IMG/VR virus record: IMGVR_UViG_3300026549_000071
Location: 1 to 64,000 of that record
Reading direction: 5' to 3' (one strand)
Length of the DNA stretch: 64,000 nucleotides
DNA from: a virus
Taxonomy: Duplodnaviria; Caudoviricetes
The notes beneath the pieces are model-generated. The model searched no databases. It was not told the DNA's origin and saw only the letters and a list, made by a program, of their open reading frames with translations. The position numbers and the translations under genes were made by a program. This document shows positions 59,360-64,000 of the stretch, in pieces. The number at the start of each line of letters is the position of its first letter. Within the stretch, counting starts at the first letter, position 1.

Positions 59360-61282
59360 TTATACTTTTTGTAATTTCGGTTGTGGAGTTTTACTTGGAA
59401 GCATCTTCTGCTGAGCAAGAATCTTCGCTTTCTGTATAGAAAGACTATCGGATTGCTTAATGACTTTATAGGATGGTACATTCACACCCTTGAGATTCCC
59501 AAGGCTATCGTAGTTATAGTTATTATTCTTTGGAATATTCTTAATACTACTAGATGCACCACCAGTGACATCAACCGTAGGAGAACTTAATGACTTTACT
59601 TTTGGTTGTGGTGTTGATGGTTTGAATCCGGAGCTATCGGTACCATTTGATCCAAGAGCACCGTCGCGAGATCCACCTGCTGCATTTGCTGTAACACTCT
59701 TATTTGTATCACTATTGACTGATGCATTACTCATCGTTTGCATATTCGTTGCAGATGCATCTTTTTTACTGGAAGCCGTATCTGTAGAAGCTTTCTCTTT
59801 GGAAGATGTATCTCCTCCAGAAGAAGCCTTAAATGCAAGAACATGCGTTCCCGTAATTTCCCAGTCATCACTCTTCTTACTAAGAATCACCTGAGAATTT
59901 TTCAAACGATAGAAACCGTTATTGGCTTGCATCTTCTCGTTATCAAATGTAAATACAAACTCTTTATTCGGGGTGAATGCATCATCATCATAGTCATAAC
60001 AGCGTAATGTTGCCTGCTTACTCGATTCAACGACATCACTCATCAGCGTTGACTTATTATACTCATTGGAGTACGAATCTTCTACGATCCGTGCATTACC
60101 ATTACCATTTTGAGTACCAGCACCTTCAACAGCAACACTCTCATTCTTATTTGGATCTACGATGGTAATGTTATTACCTTCCAATGCATCTCCCGTATTA
60201 CTAGGTGCAGTAAAGTCAACCTGATCTCCTTCTACTTTGATATAGTAGAATTTATTCTTGGTATCAATCATCGTACCAACCGAATGTTTATCTGCTCTGT
60301 CGGACTTTGGCACTTTGATAATCGTTCGTGTATATTCTCCCTTTTCTTTTGCGTCACATACACCATTTTTACTCAAGAAGTATAAGCAACGAAAATCGAG
60401 GAAGACACAAGAGCCTGTGTAATATGTACCATAGACCTTATCCATATATGCAGGTACATTCATCAAGTTCATTGGCTTTAAACGAATCTCACTATATTTC
60501 TTATTATTATCCATTGGGCTGATCAGAATCTTTTTAATTCCATCAATCTTACTATAGATATTCGTGATTGCATTTGCTACGGTGCAATCCTTAAAAATTC
60601 CATTGACAGGTTTACGCATGGCATCAATATGATCTTGATTCCATAAGGCAATGAAATACTCCGTTGTATAATCCTGAGGATTAAATACGTATTTATCGTT
60701 CTTTCCATCTCCCCCTTGTGCTTTATTTGCATTCTCATAGTTCTCTTCATCTTTCTGATCGGATTCGTCATCCATAATCACAGAGAAGCTATCATTAATA
60801 AAGTCTTTTGCTCGTACTTTATCTCCAGATTTTGTATATTGCACTTTCTGGATATGAAGTCGAATCTTTGCAGAGTCTTTATTATTCTTGAGAAGTGTAT
60901 GAGCCTTTGGTGGAAGTGTAGTAAGAATCTCCAAAATTGGATGGATATTCTTATCATAGTCTCGCGTGATATTTACTTTTTCAATGGCCCCAGGAAGTAG
61001 ATTCACTGGATCTTGACCTTCAATGAGAATTTGATACGTACGGATACTGTAACGGTATAAGTAATTTTGGTATTTTTGTTTTCCTGCTCCACCGCCAATG
61101 GCAGAAAGCATTCCTCCTAGACTACCAAGATCAAACTTTCCTGCACTTAATCCGCCTTTCATATTACCAAGGATTCCACTGAGTAAGGCTCCTGAATTTC
61201 CTCCGAAACCACCAACGGAACCAATCTTCGATGTTAATCCTGCTAATGCACCAGCAGATAATCCTTTTGGTGAAACCCCCAT
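59360..61282 (-). CDS. Probable virion baseplate-hub/tail protein with Ser/Thr/Gly linker and C-terminal module
   Basis: Gly-rich N-terminus, beta-rich core, low-complexity linker; GGAGGTG RBS before MGVSPKG; function inferred. Confidence 0.45.
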   Translation of the reverse strand: MGVSPKGLSAGALAGLTSKIGSVGGFGGNSGALLSGILGNMKGGLSAGKFDLGSLGGMLSAIGGGAGKQKYQNYLYRYSIRTYQILIEGQDPVNLLPGAIEKVNITRDYDKNIHPILEILTTLPPKAHTLLKNNKDSAKIRLHIQKVQYTKSGDKVRAKDFINDSFSVIMDDESDQKDEENYENANKAQGGDGKNDKYVFNPQDYTTEYFIALWNQDHIDAMRKPVNGIFKDCTVANAITNIYSKIDGIKKILISPMDNNKKYSEIRLKPMNLMNVPAYMDKVYGTYYTGSCVFLDFRCLYFLSKNGVCDAKEKGEYTRTIIKVPKSDRADKHSVGTMIDTKNKFYYIKVEGDQVDFTAPSNTGDALEGNNITIVDPNKNESVAVEGAGTQNGNGNARIVEDSYSNEYNKSTLMSDVVESSKQATLRCYDYDDDAFTPNKEFVFTFDNEKMQANNGFYRLKNSQVILSKKSDDWEITGTHVLAFKASSGGDTSSKEKASTDTASSKKDASATNMQTMSNASVNSDTNKSVTANAAGGSRDGALGSNGTDSSGFKPSTPQPKVKSLSSPTVDVTGGASSSIKNIPKNNNYNYDSLGNLKGVNVPSYKVIKQSDSLSIQKAKILAQQKMLPSKTPQPKLQKV

Positions 61283-61358
61283 ATATTCTTCACCTCCATA
61301 AAATGATAAAAAAGAAAATACCGAATGCAATATCGGTATTTTCTTTTTTTCTTCGGCT

Positions 61359-61658
61359 TTAAAGTATTGTACAGAGCACTTGAATTAACGCATAGAAAGA
61401 TGCAATAAAACCGGTTCCAATCAATGCTAATAAGCCAATCAATCCAATGAATGGATGATTTTTGAATACTTCCAACTTAACTAATCCAATGAGTCCTACA
61501 ATCAATCCACAGAAGAGAATCATCAATTCTGTTTCATAGGCAAACAATGGAGAATTAATGGAAACAAATACACATGCAATGCAAATAACTAAGCAAATGC
61601 ACATAAAACGAACACCATGTTCATCCGTCATACAAATCACCAAGTTCCTTACTGTCAT
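61359..61658 (-). CDS. Small three-TM membrane protein
   Basis: Three hydrophobic segments. Confidence 0.55.
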   Translation of the reverse strand: MTVRNLVICMTDEHGVRFMCICLVICIACVFVSINSPLFAYETELMILFCGLIVGLIGLVKLEVFKNHPFIGLIGLLALIGTGFIASFYALIQVLCTIL

Positions 61659-62808
61659 GATTCCGATTATACTGATTCAGCTCCATCAGCTTTAATGGGA
61701 AATCACCAAAGTACCGTTCATTCAAATCAACCAATGCATTGATATCTGTCTTATTGGTCAACTGATGAAATGTCTTCTTAAACTGTGTCTTGCTGATTTG
61801 TTTGTACTGCGTCTCATAATCCATGACTTTATAGTTTCCCATAATCGCAGAAGCGACTCCCTCTTTCGTCAGGATATGAAACGATTCATTATTCAGTACA
61901 TGCAGCAAGTTCTGTATATTCATGGTATCTGGATCTTCATCAAAGATGTACCCAGCATCATACAACTTCATCAAATTCTTATAGATCGTTCGATATCCTA
62001 GCTTTGCAACCTTTGGAATCGAACGCTTCTTATCTCCACAGCACGCAAGAATGAAGGGAAATAATCTTGGATGAATCTTTGCTGGAGGTTCATATTCATT
62101 TCCTAAACGAAATGATGCAAATGGAATTAGATTTCTCTTGGTAAGAACCATCGGTTGCATTGCATATTTCGTAATGATCATGAAGTTATAGTTACAGTAA
62201 TTGAAATCGTATGGATCATTTGTTACAATCACATTCATATTCGTAGGAAGTTCTCCTTGCATATGAATCATAAATGGAACCATAGATGATTCTACATGGG
62301 TTACTGAAACCATATAGACATCTTCCAGATAATCACAGATAATCTTCATAATCGGAATACTATCCATAACCATATTATTGATTGCCCAGCGATCCATACG
62401 ATGAAGGGAATTAAACCAGTGCATCCGGTAATCTGGATTTAATCCGCTATTATTATACTTCGTAAAGTCATCCGTAATCTCATTGTAATAGAATACAATA
62501 TTCGTACGGATTTGATGACGTTTGAAGTATTCACGATAATGAGCAGCTACATTAATCATAGCGGATACACAATGACGGTATGCTGCTTTCAATTCTTTCT
62601 TGGATAAGGACTCAAACGCATCCTCATAGTTTGGTTTTCGAAATAGATTATACAACGATTCCAAACTAATGTAAAGATTTGCTGTATCAATCTTCGTTGT
62701 ACTAGATTTGGAATTCTTATTCAGCTCATCTAATCGAGCGCCGAATAATCGTTCCATATCCATATATCGAACCATTAATCCGCAAACCTTGCTGTCTAAT
62801 AGTTCCAT
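61621..62808 (-). CDS. FEN/T4 RNase H-like 5'-3' exonuclease fold protein
   Basis: PIN-like strand pattern, IVTNDPYD, and helix-turn-helix GDKKRSIPKVAKLGYRT (cf. GDxSDNIPGVxGIG). Confidence 0.55.
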   Translation of the reverse strand: MELLDSKVCGLMVRYMDMERLFGARLDELNKNSKSSTTKIDTANLYISLESLYNLFRKPNYEDAFESLSKKELKAAYRHCVSAMINVAAHYREYFKRHQIRTNIVFYYNEITDDFTKYNNSGLNPDYRMHWFNSLHRMDRWAINNMVMDSIPIMKIICDYLEDVYMVSVTHVESSMVPFMIHMQGELPTNMNVIVTNDPYDFNYCNYNFMIITKYAMQPMVLTKRNLIPFASFRLGNEYEPPAKIHPRLFPFILACCGDKKRSIPKVAKLGYRTIYKNLMKLYDAGYIFDEDPDTMNIQNLLHVLNNESFHILTKEGVASAIMGNYKVMDYETQYKQISKTQFKKTFHQLTNKTDINALVDLNERYFGDFPLKLMELNQYNRNHDSKELGDLYDG

Positions 62809-62809
62809 A

Positions 62810-63169
62810 CTATAAGACCACCTTATTCTTTTTCATCTTGTTTTCCATGGATGTAATTCCATACATCTTCTTTCGACGTTCTACTTCATTCTCTAAACAT
62901 TCCGTTGTTCCATAGCCATGCGATACAAGTGTATCGACCATGGTATCTGTTTCGGAATCTTCCAGGGAAATACCCTTACCGATAACCGTAGAACCATCAT
63001 CCTTGAAGTTCATGTGACGAATATCCACTCTGGCAACACTATCTTCATAAGAACATCTCATGAGATATTTTCCCCAGTTGGATTTTGCATCTTCTTTCTT
63101 CTTGGATAAGCAACACATAACTTCTTCGATATTATATCTTGAGTAATCTTTTTCTTTATTCTTTCTCAT
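62810..63169 (-). CDS. PC4/YdbC-family ssDNA-binding protein
   Basis: NWGKYLMRCSY...VDIRH...GKGISLEDSE matches the YdbC pattern GWxKELxxVSW...YDIR...GKGITLTxEE. Confidence 0.7.
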   Translation of the reverse strand: MRKNKEKDYSRYNIEEVMCCLSKKKEDAKSNWGKYLMRCSYEDSVARVDIRHMNFKDDGSTVIGKGISLEDSETDTMVDTLVSHGYGTTECLENEVERRKKMYGITSMENKMKKNKVVL

Positions 63170-63280
63170 TTTACTATCTTCCCTTTCGTAAGTAATAAAA
63201 AAAGTATCATGGCGAATCGAATCTTCCAAATTCACCATGATACCTTCTTATATCACAATCTCATTTCTGAGATTCTTTTC

Positions 63281-63946
63281 TTAGCGATAGAGCTCGTCGA
63301 GAATATCGCCATGATTCGACTTGAAGTTATCGTTCTTATACATGCAAAGAACGTTCAAGACGAAGCTGCGATTATTCTTCGGAACTTTCCAGTTCAGGAT
63401 GTCGATGACCGGCTTACGCTGCATCTCATCCGTCGAAAAGACGTACTCAAGCACCTTATAGACATCGAGTTCGCAAGTCATGAGGTGTTTCTTTGCCTGA
63501 TGCCAGCGAACCTCGTTCTTCTTCGTAAGAAGTGCAAATGGCTGAATCGTCTTATTGACATCATCTGCGACCATCATATCGACCTGATCGCCCTGCGCTT
63601 CATCCAGACCACGCTGAATCGCACGCATGATACGAGCACGAGTATCGTTACCCTTGAATTGGTTACGATTCTTGTTTGCACGTACGATGCAAGACATCTT
63701 CAGAGGAATCACATTCTTGTGATTGATGCGAACCTCACGCTCTGCCTGCGCATTCCAGATTGCACGTACATAGATCCCACGCTGCGCAGGATCCATCTTA
63801 TTTGCACGGAAGTAATCGAGAATTGCTTTCTCGATCTGCTGATTGTTTACGGTGAACACAACTCCGCGCGGTTGCATCCCCATGCGGTTCTGGATCAACT
63901 GAAGAGTTGCTTCCATTGCCTGATCTTGATTGTTGATCGTAGCCAT
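63281..63946 (-). CDS. Hypothetical protein
   Basis: AGGAGGT RBS, strongly biased codons. Confidence 0.75.
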   Translation of the reverse strand: MATINNQDQAMEATLQLIQNRMGMQPRGVVFTVNNQQIEKAILDYFRANKMDPAQRGIYVRAIWNAQAEREVRINHKNVIPLKMSCIVRANKNRNQFKGNDTRARIMRAIQRGLDEAQGDQVDMMVADDVNKTIQPFALLTKKNEVRWHQAKKHLMTCELDVYKVLEYVFSTDEMQRKPVIDILNWKVPKNNRSFVLNVLCMYKNDNFKSNHGDILDELYR

Positions 63947-64000
63947 TTTGGCTACCTCCTTTCTTTATAAGCGGCTAAGCGCTTCGGAAGAATAAATCTT

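Noticed and set aside
1-64000. CRISPR array
   Set aside because: No regularly spaced direct repeats with unique spacers. The three cassette leaders are kilobases apart and in both orientations.
1-64000. Stop-codon reassignment as in some gut jumbo phages
   Set aside because: Conserved genes are full length under the standard code, TAA, TAG and TGA all end genes, and no suppressor tRNA was seen.

Overview
A 64 kb segment of an AT-rich jumbo phage of the phiKZ/AR9-like group, which encodes its own split multisubunit RNA polymerase. Strong AGGAGG-type RBSs suggest a Bacillota host (inference), and the genetic code is standard. Recognisable genes: three RNAP pieces (a large beta split by an unannotated 298-nt group I intron at 40524-40821, a separate beta C-terminal piece and a beta-prime C-terminal piece), an SbcC/Rad50-like ATPase, SF2 helicase, primase, FEN-like exonuclease, PC4/YdbC-like ssDNA-binding protein, a PolB-like palm protein, ThyX, a dTMP-kinase-like protein, dUTPase, a GroEL-like chaperonin, a kinase-fold protein with a Zn ribbon, probable virion proteins and four tRNAs. 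Two candidate phage promoter motifs recur between genes: TATATATTAT and NACA-N6-TA. The most unusual signals are non-coding. (1) Three dispersed mini-cassettes each have a promoter, two covarying hairpins with invariant loops, a 47-50 aa ORF and a terminator whose loop is complementary to the 5' hairpin loop. (2) An ORF-free, hairpin-rich transcription unit of about 900 nt is a large ncRNA candidate. (3) A 1 kb palindrome-dense region looks like an origin. (4) A 50-aa free-standing protein copies the C-terminal module of a neighbouring large protein. All family assignments come from motif recognition by eye; no database searches were run.
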